Source: Neophaeotheca triangularis
Taxonomy: Eukaryota
NCBI GenBank assembly: GCA_054600435.1
Contig: BAAIJX010000003.1
Location: 248,001 to 312,000 of the forward strand
Reading direction: 5' to 3'
Length of the DNA: 64,000 bases
Each line of letters starts with the position of its first letter. Within the stretch, counting starts at the first letter, position 1. The translations under genes and the position numbers were made by a program. Shown piece by piece: positions 47,525-59,700 of this stretch. The notes beneath the pieces were generated by a model. That model did no database searches and was not told the origin of the DNA. It was given only the letters and a program-made list of their open reading frames with translations.

Positions 47525-49217
47525 ATGCAGGCGCCAGTAGTGGTTATGAGTACGTACAAAACTTCCGCCTTACGTCTCTAACAAACGTACTGACATACCC
47601 GCAGACACGCAGTCCGGTGAGCGACAGACCGGACGCCAGGCTCAGCTCTCCAACATTACTGCTGCAAAGACCGTCGCCGACATCATCCGATCATGTCTTG
47701 GACCCAAAGCCATGTTGAAGATGCTGCTGGATCCCATGGGCGGTATCGTATTGACCAACGACGGACACGCTATCCTTCGTGAGATTGAGGTTGCGCACCC
47801 CGCGGCTAAATCCATGATTGAGCTGGCGAGGACACAGGATGAAGAGGTGGGCGATGGCACAACGACAGTGATCATATTGGCGGGCGAGATTTTGGCGCTG
47901 AGTATGCCGCAATTGGAGAGGCGGATACACCCAGTTGTCATCATCAGTGCCTTCAAGCGAGCTTTGGCAGATGCTCTCGAGATTATCCAGGACATCAGTA
48001 TCCCTGTGGACATCAACGACACCGAGACCATGCGCCAACTCATCAGCTCTTCGATTGGCACAAAATTCACCTCTAGATGGAGCAATCTCATGTGCGATCT
48101 TGCCTTGACTGCTGTTCGTACGGTATCCCACAACATTGGGGCTGGGAAGATGGAAGTGGACATCAAGCGCTACGCGAGGGTGGAGAAGATTCCTGGCGGT
48201 GAGATCGAGGAGAGCAGGGTATTGGACGGCGTCATGTTGAACAAGGACATCACACACCCCAAGATGAGGAGACGTATCGAGAACCCCCGCATCATCCTCC
48301 TTGACTGCACGCTCGAGTACAAAAAGGGAGAGTCGCAAACCAACATCGAAATCAGCAAAGAAGAAGACTGGAACCGTATCCTGCAAATCGAAGAGGAGCA
48401 GGTCAAGGCCATGTGCGAAGCCATCTTGGCCGTGAAGCCCGACCTCGTAATTACCGAAAAGGGTGTCTCAGACCTCGCTCAACACTACTTGGTCAAGAAC
48501 AACATCACCGCCCTCCGCCGCGTGCGCAAGACCGACAACAACCGCATCGCTCGCGCGACCGGCGCCACAATCGTCAACTCCGTCTTCGACCTCACGGAAG
48601 CCGATGTTGGCACGCAATGCGGCCTCTTCGATATTTCCAAGATTGGCGACGAATACTTCTCCTTCCTGACGCAGTGCAAGACCCCCAAAGCCTGCACCAT
48701 CTTGCTGCGTGGCCCCAGCAAAGACATCCTCAACGAAATCGATCGCAACCTCCTCGACGCCATGTCCGTCGCCCGCAACGTCATATTCCACCCCTACCTC
48801 TCCCCTGGTGGAGGCGCGACCGAAATGGCAGTTGCAACCCGCCTTTCGCAAAAAGCGAAATCCATCGAGGGTGTGGCCCAGTGGCCCTACCGTGTCATTG
48901 CAGACGCCATGGAAGTCATTCCCCGCACGCTGATCCAAAACTCCGGCAACTCTCCCGTGCGTGTGCTAACGCAATTGCGAGCCAAGCACGCTGAGAGCTT
49001 GAGCGGCAAGGACGGCGCGACTTGGGGTATCGACGGCGATGCGGGCAAGGTCGTCGACATGAAGAATTTCGCAGTCTGGGAACCGCAGGCTGTTAAGTTG
49101 CAGAGTGTCAAGACTGCTGTTGAGAGTGCTTGCTTGTTGCTGAGAGTTGATGACATTGTTGGCGCGAAGAGTGCGAAGACTGGTGGTGGCGGCGGCGGAG
49201 GTGGGGAGGAGGATTAG
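47525..49217 (+). CDS. CCT3: T-complex protein 1 subunit gamma; exons 47525-47549, 47605-49217
   Basis: MQAPVVVM|NTQSGERQTGR start, GDGTTT, EVDIKRYARVEKIPGG, YKKGESQTNIEI motifs. Confidence 0.97.
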
Positions 49218-49846
49218 ATGTTTACGTGAACAGGGACGATGCCACTTGAAAGCAGTAGGTGAAGTATCTTTACTCGTAGGCAATCGCTCATAGGCGATTA
49301 GTTCGGTCTGTATGAAAATTACAGAGTGCTACTGCTTTCTTTCTCGTGGAGCTACCTCGATTAAACTTAGCCTTAATGGTGTACTGAAGGTAGAATCGGC
49401 TGCATTACCACAATACCCTACTATTGCAATACTATTGAAGCGATTGATATATGTTAATAAGATACTGTATCTACATATCCTCACCTCCGTCGAATCCGAA
49501 AGCGTGGGTCCAACCAACATCAGTGGGCGTCAGCGTCATGTCCAGCAAATAGCCCGCCGGGCATCTAAAGCTCCACTTGCCAAAGAAAGGCTCATTCAAT
49601 ACCTTATCCTTCACGACACCTACCTAGGTACATGAGGCTACATCCTCCCACCAACCCTGGAAACACCTAGCTCACGCCTCAGCTGCACAATCTAAACGCC
49701 TCTACGACTTTCCAGCCATATCCTCCCCACCGACCGTAACGCCTACAACTTAACCCTCAAACCCCCCCAACCCGGCCATCCGAACATCCACCCACCCACC
49801 GCCACCACCCTCCCCCCACCCCCCAATTCCCCGCCGCACTAAAACC

Positions 49847-50851
49847 ATGGCTTCCCCCTCAACAGCCAGTCCCGGCGGCCAATCTTCCTCTGCCTTACTC
49901 CTAACCCGCCAGTTCAAGCAGATGCAAACTGATAAGGATATCCCTGGGATCAGTGTTGGATTGGCTGGGGATAGCGTGTATGTCTGGGAAGTCATGTTGA
50001 TGTTGAGTGAGGAGCAGGACGAGCTGTATGGAGGTGAGTTTCCTGGGGGGGCTTTTCTTGCTTTTCTTTTCCTTTTTTGGGGGTGAAGGATAGGGAATGG
50101 GGAATGGGGAACGGGGGTGTGGTGAGGGGGAGGAAAGGGAAGGGGGCTGTGGGTAGGGGGAGGTGATGGGAAGAGGTTGGTGGGTACGGTGATAGTTGGG
50201 CTGAGAGGACGGGGAAGTCAAGGCGGCCAATGGTCTAGGGCCACATGCACGGTTGTGAAGAGTCTGGCATGGTATACGGCCTGGCTTCACGACATAGAGA
50301 GAGGACTAGGCGGAGTGGGAGCGCGGCTCGAGACTGCCGCTTGGAGGGAGAAAGGAGGACCCTTTCTGGACGGGGCGTTGCTTGCTGCTTACGTTTGGAG
50401 TGTAAACTGACACTGCTTCTTGCACCAGGTGGCTGCTTCAGAGCACGCATGACATTTCCCCCATCATACCCACACATGCCGCCAAAGCTCAAGTTCGAGA
50501 CACCGCTTTTTCACCCAAATGGTACGTTTCCGCAATCCTCCTGTCCCCATCATGAGAGCGCGACACCCCATACTAACCCATTTCACAGTCTACTCACATG
50601 GCGAGGTCTGCATATCAATCCTACACCCGCCGGAAGACGACCGCTACGGTTACGAGTCCGCCAACGAACGCTGGTCACCCGTGCAGACACCCGAGACCAT
50701 TCTGTTGAGTGTGATTAGTATGCTTAGCAGCCCGAACGATGAGAGTCCGGCGAACATTGAAGCGGGTAAGCTGTGGAGAGAAGATCGGAAGGAGTTCAAG
50801 CGGAGGGTCAGGAGGTGTGTGAGGGACAGTATGGAGAACGCCTGGGATTAG
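49847..50851 (+). CDS. Ubiquitin-conjugating enzyme E2, UBE2G/Ubc7-Cdc34 family with acidic loop; exons 49847-50033, 50429-50521, 50589-50851
   Basis: HPN|VYSHGEVCISILHPPEDDRYGYESANERWSPVQ; two canonical introns (GTGAGT...CAG, GTACGT...CTAAC...CAG). Confidence 0.93.
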
Positions 50852-51618
50852 CTGAGCCTGGATGGAGGATCGGGAGCCATAGTACCATGGTGATTGGTGA
50901 CTGAGTGAGTCGGATGTGGTTCCGGACATGACAGGATTGGACGACTACTACTGCATAGCGGGAGGATCGGGTTAAGGTGTTCCGGTTGCTTGGGCGAATA
51001 CCTGTTGATGGGCATCGATATGAGAAGAGTGCTGACGGGATAACTACTTCCAGACGTGGAGAAGGGGCGAGGCATTCTATGGACAATTTCACAAACAACC
51101 AAGCCTTCCTGGCCACTCGAGTAAGCTCACCTTTGCTGACCAGACTGTAGGCTTGCGTGGGTAGAGGTCGCAATGCGAGCATGGTGAAATATTGCATACT
51201 GCTGTCTAAATACAAATATGACATTTTGTTCGCTCTCTTTGACGGTACCCATGAGACCAAGGAAGAGGCATTAATATCGACACCGGAGACGAGTACATCC
51301 CTCAGGACATTGTTTTCTTGTTTTCTGGTAGTAGTACCTTCACTCATTCGTCAAGCATACCTACCCTACTTACTACCGCTGTTGCCAATCTCACCGACAT
51401 CGGAGACCTCGGTTTAGCCTTATCGCGAGAGGCTTATCTTCCATCTTGATACCTTGATGGCTGTCAGCTCGAGCTGCCCGAAGGGGCAATCGACAATCAG
51501 ACCACATGCCCTTGTGTCTCACACACAACGACGACGACATTTCCTCTCCTGCTTGCTCCTCCTCCTCTTTCAAGCCAGCGTCGCATTCGCCATCCATCAA
51601 CCCCTCCACGATTCAACA

Positions 51619-53272
51619 ATGGGCGTAGCACAGTCATCCGAGGAGGCACCTCGCTTGTCCTCTCAGCCAGTATACCGAGCTCGTCGCGATCGACGACAAG
51701 AAGAGCCCGCAACGACCACCTTTGACGAGAAGCTTGATGCTTTGAGGATAGACAATACTACTTCCGCGTCGAGCGCAGTCACTGGAAGTGTCTTGTCGTG
51801 CGACAACTCCAGCGTTTCCAGCGCCAAAGTCGATCAGTATGTCAAGGAAGTGCTAAAGGATCCCAAGGTACGGCAGACCATGTTTTATCGCTTACCAACA
51901 TTATACTAACAATGTTGCTTCAGAACCGCCTCGGACTCTCGGCCCTCTCTACCCAGCCCATGAACAGCATCCTCGAACGTCCATCCACCATCCTGGCTGA
52001 TACCCAAAACTTCAATGTCAAGATTCCCCACGAGGGCTCTCCCGTCACAAACCAACGCTCCTCGGGCCGGTGCTGGATATTTGCGGCATGCAATGTCTTC
52101 CGCATTTCCATCATGGACAAGTACAAAATCAAAGACTTTGAGCTGTCACAACAATACCTGTTCTTCTGGGACAAAGTAGAGAAGGCCAACTACTTCCTCG
52201 AGTCCATCCTAGACAGCCACAAAGAAGACGTCAGCGACAGACTCGTCTCGACCCTCATGTCCAGCCCGGTAGGCGACGGTGGACAATGGGACATGATCGT
52301 TAACCTTGTCTCAAAATACGGCATTGTCCCCCAAACCATCTACCCAGACACCTTCAACTCCATGAATTCCTCGCAGATGGACAAGCTGATCACGACCAAA
52401 CTCCGCGAAGACGGACTTCGCCTGCGCTCGATGAAAGCAGTGGGAGTCAGCGATAGCAGCATCGCCGAAGCAAAGGAGACTATGCTTCAGGACGTCGTAC
52501 GCATTCTGACCCTCACACTCGGCCCACCGCCCTCTGCCGACGAAAAATTCACATGGGAATTCTATGACAACTCGAGCAAGCTGCAAACAGTCTCCATGAC
52601 ACCCCTTGAGCTGGCCAAGGGCACCGATGTCCGTCAGTACATCTCCCTTGTCAACGACCCCCGCAACGACTACAATCGACTCCTAACTGTCAGCCACCTT
52701 GGCAACGTTTGGCTTGGGCGGCCCATCACCTACGTTAATGTCGACACCGACGTTTTCAAAGCCGCTTGCGTGGCGATGTTGAAGAAAGGTTTGCCAATCT
52801 TCTTCGGTAGCGATGTCGGCAAGCAGAGTGATGGCCGAAAAGGCATCATGGACACTGGACTTGTGGATTATGAGCTGGGCTTCGACATCAAGCTCGGCCT
52901 AAACAAGGCTGAGCGCTTGCTCACAGGCGAGAGTCAGATGACACACGCCATGGTTTTAACGGGTGTGCATTTGAATGGCGAGGGCAGGCCGGTCCGGTGG
53001 AGGGTGGAGAACAGCTGGAGCGAGACGGCTGGGACTGGTGAGTCCTTTCTCCGAACACCTTCTCTTTTGCTTCATTGTCTTCGTGAATTTGGTTTAAACT
53101 GACGATTGCACTTGCTACAGACGGTTACTTTGTCATGTCCGATGCTTGGATGGATGAGTTCTGCTACCAGGCTGTCGTTTGTCCTTCGATTTTGGATAGG
53201 GCTGTTAGGGATGTGCTGAAACAAGATCCAAAGGTCTTGCCGCTTTGGGATCCTATGGGTGCTTTGGCCTAG
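51619..53272 (+). CDS. LAP3: Bleomycin hydrolase / cysteine aminopeptidase (peptidase C1B); exons 51619-51867, 51924-53037, 53121-53272
   Basis: NQRSSGRCWIFA (Cys), MTHAMV (His), VENSW (Asn), C-terminal WDPMGALA. Confidence 0.95.
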
Positions 53273-54596
53273 GCAGTCATTGGATAAGTGAGTGGTGTTA
53301 TTTGCCTTGAGGAGTTTCGAAGGGTTTCTAGTCGGGTTTGTCTTCCATGCATGTCCTGGTTTCCTTTCGTCTCAACGATCTCTAACTACCACCGTCCCAT
53401 GCGATTCCAAGGAGTTATGGAAGATCGACCGTGAAAGCCCTGCTTTCCCGCAATTACCGCAGCCTCAACTACCGTAGCCATCAGCCGGGCAGACCACGCC
53501 CACGCCCCCGCCAGACTCATGCAAGGACGAGGACGTGCACATGGACGTGGTAGAGTCGTCAATTTCCCCCGCAAAACCTTCTCCAGTCCCTCCAGCCTCT
53601 CCGCACTTGGCGACCCGCTTGAGGCACGACGTGGGGACGTCGGCCGATGATGGTCAACTTCCTACCTAATCTTACCTCGTAAATTACCTTACCTATCATT
53701 TGAGCTTGTCTAGATTACGCCCAAAGTCGTCGCTTCGTTTGAGCGCAGCCATTGCCGTTGCCGGAATGCAAAATCCCTCCAACCGTGTTACTCAGGCTAG
53801 TCGAGAAGTTCCCATGTCGACCACATTACTAGGAGTGTTCGCGCACCCGACGAATTGAGTCGAACAAGCGTTGTTGCTGTAACTACGTTATGTGCTTCTT
53901 TACGCGGCTGGAAATGATGGAGCTAGTATACGACCTTGCAAAGGTAGGTGTGTGCACGTCTAGGCCCCTCCGAGCAGGACACCCGTGGTCAAGAAAGTTA
54001 AAACTTTGCAACCCCCAATCAAGGGCGTACCTCGGAAATCAAGCCCTCACAGCTTATTCTACTTATTATTGCCCGCGTGCAGCCACGTGCGGCTTGCTAC
54101 TTTCCTCCGGCATGGCCTCGAGTCTATCTACCGCTGTTTCGCTGCTGGTGCTCTCGCTGATCCCAATAAGTGCTGGAGCTCAAAACCATACCGATTGCTC
54201 CGAGTCCAATTTTCCATTTTGGTTTCTTTTCCTTCCTGCGCATGTTCCTTGGAAACTTACGCAATTGATCTGAGTCCATGTAATTGGAGGACGACAGCGT
54301 CGTAATCTTCAACGGCAGCAAGCGCAGAGATATCGGTCTTCCAAGATGGAGATGAACTACGATGAGCGGGTAAGTCTGGCTTCAAAGGCAAGCAGGCCAT
54401 CTGCTTGCTCACCATCAGTCTTTAGAGGTAGAGCGGCCGCATCTTTGCACCAACCCCCCTTGGAACATCTCAATCGATCGTAGCAAATAGTCCCCACGCT
54501 GATCATGCTTCCCTCGCTTTTAGGAACTCCGCCGCATAGAACAAGAGGTCCGTCGCAACCATCAAACTCCCGTCCCAATCTATGACCCACTAAACA

Positions 54597-56421
54597 ATGC
54601 CTCAGCTCGACGTTGAAATCCTCCCGGGCACCGAAGTCATGGCCGACGTTGGCTCCCACCACTTCGTCAAAGGCGGCTCCTCGCAAGTCCTCGTCCCGCA
54701 GCCCTCATCCGACCCCCACGATCCCCTCAACTGGAGCCGCAAGTGGAAAATCCTTTGCATAGCCGCCTCGACCGGTGTCTCTTTTACGCAAGGTTTTGGG
54801 CCTCTGGCGCTGGCCCCGCAGTTCCCGGCGTATATCGAGGCGTTCGATTCAACGCTGCCGGATGTGGTGAGGTTTACGGGGGTTGCTATCTTGGTGCTGG
54901 GGTTTAGTAATTTTATATGGTGAGATTGAAACCCTGGGACGAGTTGGAGGCAGCATGCTGACGTCTGCATTCGTTGAAGGGTTCCGATCAGCACCTCCTT
55001 TGGCCGACGTCCGGTCTACATTGCCTCGCAGGTCATCAACCTCGTCTCGTCGATATGGCGCGCTGTTGCTCCGAGCTATAACTCGTACATGGGGTGAGTG
55101 GGTGTTGTCGAGGCTGCACGTTGCCGCAAAACTCGAGATGCTGACTGCGATGTCTCAGGGCATGCATCGTGAATGGCATTGGCGCAGGCCCGGCGGAAAC
55201 CATCCAGCTAGCGGTCATTGCCGATATCTATTTCCTGCACGATCGCGGCTGGTGGAACACCTTGTACTGGGTTGCGTACATGGGCTCTCTGAGTACGTTT
55301 CATTTTTGGCCTTCGGATTACATGCCACCGCTAACACCCTCTCAGTGGTCGGTCCAGTGATCTCAGGTGCAATGACCGAACATCTCGGCTGGCGCAGCTT
55401 CTGGTGGTTCAACACGGCCCTAATCGCCGCTTCTCTCATCCAAGTCATTTTCACCTTCCCCGAAACCAAGTGGCACCGCCAGCACCCCAGCGAAGTAACG
55501 AACGCCCCACTCCCCGAAAAAAAGCCTAGCAACGACCCCATCACCACCTCAAAAGACCCCACGACCCTCACGCAAACCCCAACAAGCACCACCACCACCA
55601 CCACCGACGCCCCCTCCAAACCGCAACTAAACCCCACCACGACAACCGACCTCGCCGCCCACCTCAACAAAGGCACCCCCTCAAAACAACAATGGAAACT
55701 CTACCAACCCAACCCCGCACCCTTCCGCGCCATCGCCCTCGACCTCTGGATCCCATGGAAACTCTTCGCCTTCCCCATCGTCGAATTCTCCGCCTTCGTA
55801 GTCAGCTGGTCCTGCTCCTGCTTCCTCACCCTCAACCTCACGCAATCCCAAGCCTTCGCCGCCCCGCCCTACAACTACAACCCCCAGACCATCGGGCTCT
55901 TCAACCTAGCCGTGCTGGGCGGCGCCCTCATCGGTCTCGCGACCGCCGGCCCCCTCTCCGACTGGGTCTCCGCTCGCGCGACGCGCAGGAACCGCGGCAT
56001 CCGCGAGCCCGAGATGCGTTTGCCGGCCATGATACCCTACGTGCTGGTCATGGTTTTGGGGAACATGGTGGCGGCTTTTGGGTACGAGCAGGCGTGGCCG
56101 GCGCCGGCGATTGTCGTCGTGGGGTTTGGGTGCGCTGGCTTGCAAGTCGCTGCGTTGCCGGCCATGGCTACTACGTATGCGATTGATTCGTACAAGCCCG
56201 TGGCTGGGAGTTTGATGGTTGCCATTACGGTTAATAAGAATTTGTGGGGGTATGGGTTTGCGGAGTTTATTACCGAGTGGATTGAGCGGAGTGGGTATGT
56301 ACCGCCGATTATGACGAACATGGGGTTGACGACGCTGTGGTGTGCTTTTGGGATTGTGTTTTGGATTTGGGGGAAGACTTTCAGGAGGTGGAGTCGGAAT
56401 GATGGGGTGCATGGGATGTGA
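54597..56421 (+). CDS. Major facilitator superfamily transporter (HOL1/DHA1-like); exons 54597-54919, 54980-55093, 55159-55292, 55346-56421
   Basis: LVPQPSSDPHDPLNW, FGRRPVY, IADIYFLHDRG, LGWRSFWW, FPET, EPEMRLP motifs; three canonical introns restore one frame. Confidence 0.92.
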
Positions 56422-56797
56422 GAGGGATGAGAATGAGAGTCGTTTGGACAGGGAGGTTTCGATGTAATTGCTTTTTTCGTTGGTCATCGCTATTGAGGTA
56501 TCTATGTATGCATTCCTTCCAACGCCATGCTGGTGTTTGGTGCTGAACACGCCCCGCTCAGCCCATGATGCACCTTGTAACAGTCTCGCAATCTTGTTCC
56601 CAAACGCCTCTCAATGCTGTGTGTTGTGCTGTACTCTCCGAAGTAAATGATGCAAAGCCATCAGGGCCCAGCAAACTCCCCTTTCGCCGTCGCTGTAATC
56701 CGTGTCATGCTTGACCACCCCGCCGGCCGTAGAAGTATCGCCACCAATACTTTCCTCCATCGCCCACCTTGCAAACCACTTCCCCATTCAGCATTTC

Positions 56798-59700
56798 TTA
56801 TTTCTTCCCCGTAGCACTCTCGGGCTGCATCCCATTCGCCACCTCCTGAAACCCGGGCGGCACCTTCCACCCATGCGTCTGACATGCCCTCACACACCCA
56901 TCCGCAGCCTCGCCAGTCCCATAGTCTCCACTCGCCCTGACATCCAACTTCGCAGGCGGGTCGCTAGCGATAGCAAGTCGCACTTGCAGCAACACGCTCT
57001 CCATGCTACTCACACTGCTCCAGCCAGTGTTGGTCAAGAGCTCCATGCACATGGCGCCGCCCATGACGATATGACCGCCGCCGCCTTGAGCGAAACTTAG
57101 GAAGCGCGGACGGATGACGCGGATGTAGGGTGGCGAGAAGGGGTAGTCGGCGCCGAAGCGGATCTCGAGGACGACGCTGGTGATCTTCTTGTCTTTCATC
57201 TGTTGCACCAAAGGGAGGGGTTTGGGGTTCTTGGTGCTGCTCCCTGGGAGCGAGAGCGTGTGGAAGCTGTGGAGTTCGACGATCCATTGGTAGGCGTTCT
57301 CGATCTTGTCGACTTCGATGTACCAGCCTAGGTCCTCTGGGGCGGTGGAGTTCTGGATTTTGGCCAGATGCTGGAGCTCCTTCATCAGACGTCGAGTGGT
57401 GCTGCTGTTGGCGTAAGTGGGGACTGGCATGATGGGAAGGGTGGAATGGTCGAGAGAACCGGGCACGAAGTCGGTTCTCGCGGCTGCCTTTCTACCCTTC
57501 TTCGGCGACTTGTGGCGAAGAGTGAGGTCTTGACTAGCCCCAGCGGTAGCATCACGATTAGCAACCTCGTCGTCGCTCAACAAAATGTCAATGTCCTCCG
57601 CCTCTGTAGCTACACTAGCACCGTCATCTCCGACAGCGTCATCGCTGTCCAACACAACGGGGTCGTCAAACCCGCCTTTGCCCTTTAGTTTCTTGCTCGC
57701 GTGTACGTCGTCTGGTTGCTTCTGCTTACCGGTCTTGGTGATTGTCTTGATAGCGGAGGCCGGAATCATGATTTTGTGGCCGCTAAGACCCGACGGTGTC
57801 CTGGAAGGATCTTGAGGATGCTCGCGAATGGGCTGTCGCTCGTCTCCAGCCTTGGTGACGCTGCTCTGATCCATGGAAACGAAAAGATAGCGCTGTTGAA
57901 TCCACTCGCACTGCTTGACGACGTAGAAAGGGTTGCTGGATTGAAACTCGTCCGGAGCGTTGACGATCTCGTTGAGCGCTAGTGCAGATGTCACCTTGAG
58001 TACGCTGTTTGGCCATGGCATGCCCGAGGTTCCTCCACGATGGCCGCCGGAGTATCCAGTCGAAGTATTTGCGTCCTTCGCAAAGTACACACCGTCACCG
58101 TAAGCGCGGCCGTGGTCGACCCTGTCAAAATGGAGCCCCGAACGAACGATGGAATGCCAGTTCATAAGTGGGCTTCCATGCCAGGCAAAGATCGTCGAAA
58201 ACTTCAAGTCCTTTCGCTCGGAAACTTTGCGGACCTCTTCTCTGAAACGCTGCTCCTTATCGGGAGCCCCCATGGCAAAACGGAATTGCATGTAGCCTTT
58301 CATGCCGAAAACGCGCTCTTGCTGCTTTGGCCTTTCGAGCAACCCTTGATCGCCGTCAACTTCCATGATGCACGCACGGTTACTGGCGATGATCCAACGC
58401 AGAAGGCTCAAAGCGCTAGGCGAGATGCGTTCGACCCACTTTGCAAGGTTAGGGGGGTACGACTTTGCGAGGAACGTCTGCGTTTCCTTAACAGAGGGCA
58501 ACGTATCCAGAAGTTGGCACATTGCGGTTTGCTGGTCAGCTTCATTGAGCTTCTCGAAATCCTGTGCATAGACGCGAATCTTCGCCTCGCGCCAACCTTG
58601 CGACTCAGCTGGGGTAGACTTGGTAGCTTTGTCGGCATCTTGGGCTGTAGTGGCTGGCGCCGTCCGACCAAGGTACGTCGGGTGCGTGCCTTTGCACTGT
58701 ACCACGATCGGCTCATCGATTTGGATCGTAGGGTACAAGTTGGTGTTGCGGACCCTGCAATGCAGCTCCCTGGCTTCCTTATCATCTTTGAGGCTCATCA
58801 CGATCCACTGGCCTCTTTTCACAGGGCAACCGCCGGAGGGTCGCTTGGAGAATGTCAGCTCTCTACTACCGCTGTTGTACTGCACGGTATACGTGGGGGG
58901 CTCTTCTGCCGTTGAGGGTTGCGGGGTATTGGTGTTGCTGGCGTTGTGTAGGGGCATGCCGTAGGCGTCGACTGGGCCAGAGAATGGATCGTAACGACCG
59001 CCCTTGAGGAACGGAACGACAAGCGCCAAGCCAATGGGAAGGTCTTTGAGCCTCCTCGCACTGGCACCGGCATAGCAAAAAGACACCAACAAGTCGACCA
59101 CATAGGGCTGAGCCATGACCTCATGTTCGATGCTTGGTCCGAATCCCATTGCCATGTATTGAAAGAGGCAGAGATGGCTGTCGCAGACGTATGGCTTGAT
59201 GGCTTCGACCTCCTCGTCGAGCTTGCGGTGACAGACCAGGCAGAACTCTGTGCACCGAACGAAGTGGCGAAGGGTGAATTGCATGGCAAGTAAAGGGAAA
59301 GAATGCTTGAAGAGCTGGCCGCTCTCTGCAAAGTGATCGCCCATAACAATGGCGGGTAGGTCTGTTTTAATGTCCTCTGGCCTGAAATACTCGTCTGGTA
59401 TGTTTTCGCCGTGCTGACCGCCTCCTCCGGCCTTCGCATGCTGGTAGTTGAAGAAGTCTTCAGCGCCACGCCAGCTTAAGTGAGAGCTGCGGTAGCGGAG
59501 AATCTCCACAAGGCGCTCTTCGAGTAGATCCGCAAGTGGTTTCGAGATGAAAATGTCGTGCATCATGTCACCAAGACCGACCTCGATCGCTTCTGGGAGC
59601 TGGTTGCTTTTGAGACTGTCGCTGTCGACTTTTTTTGCCACGGTGAATGCGCTGATAGCCTCGCGGAGCGTTGGTTTGTACCTCTTGCCAGCACAGACTC

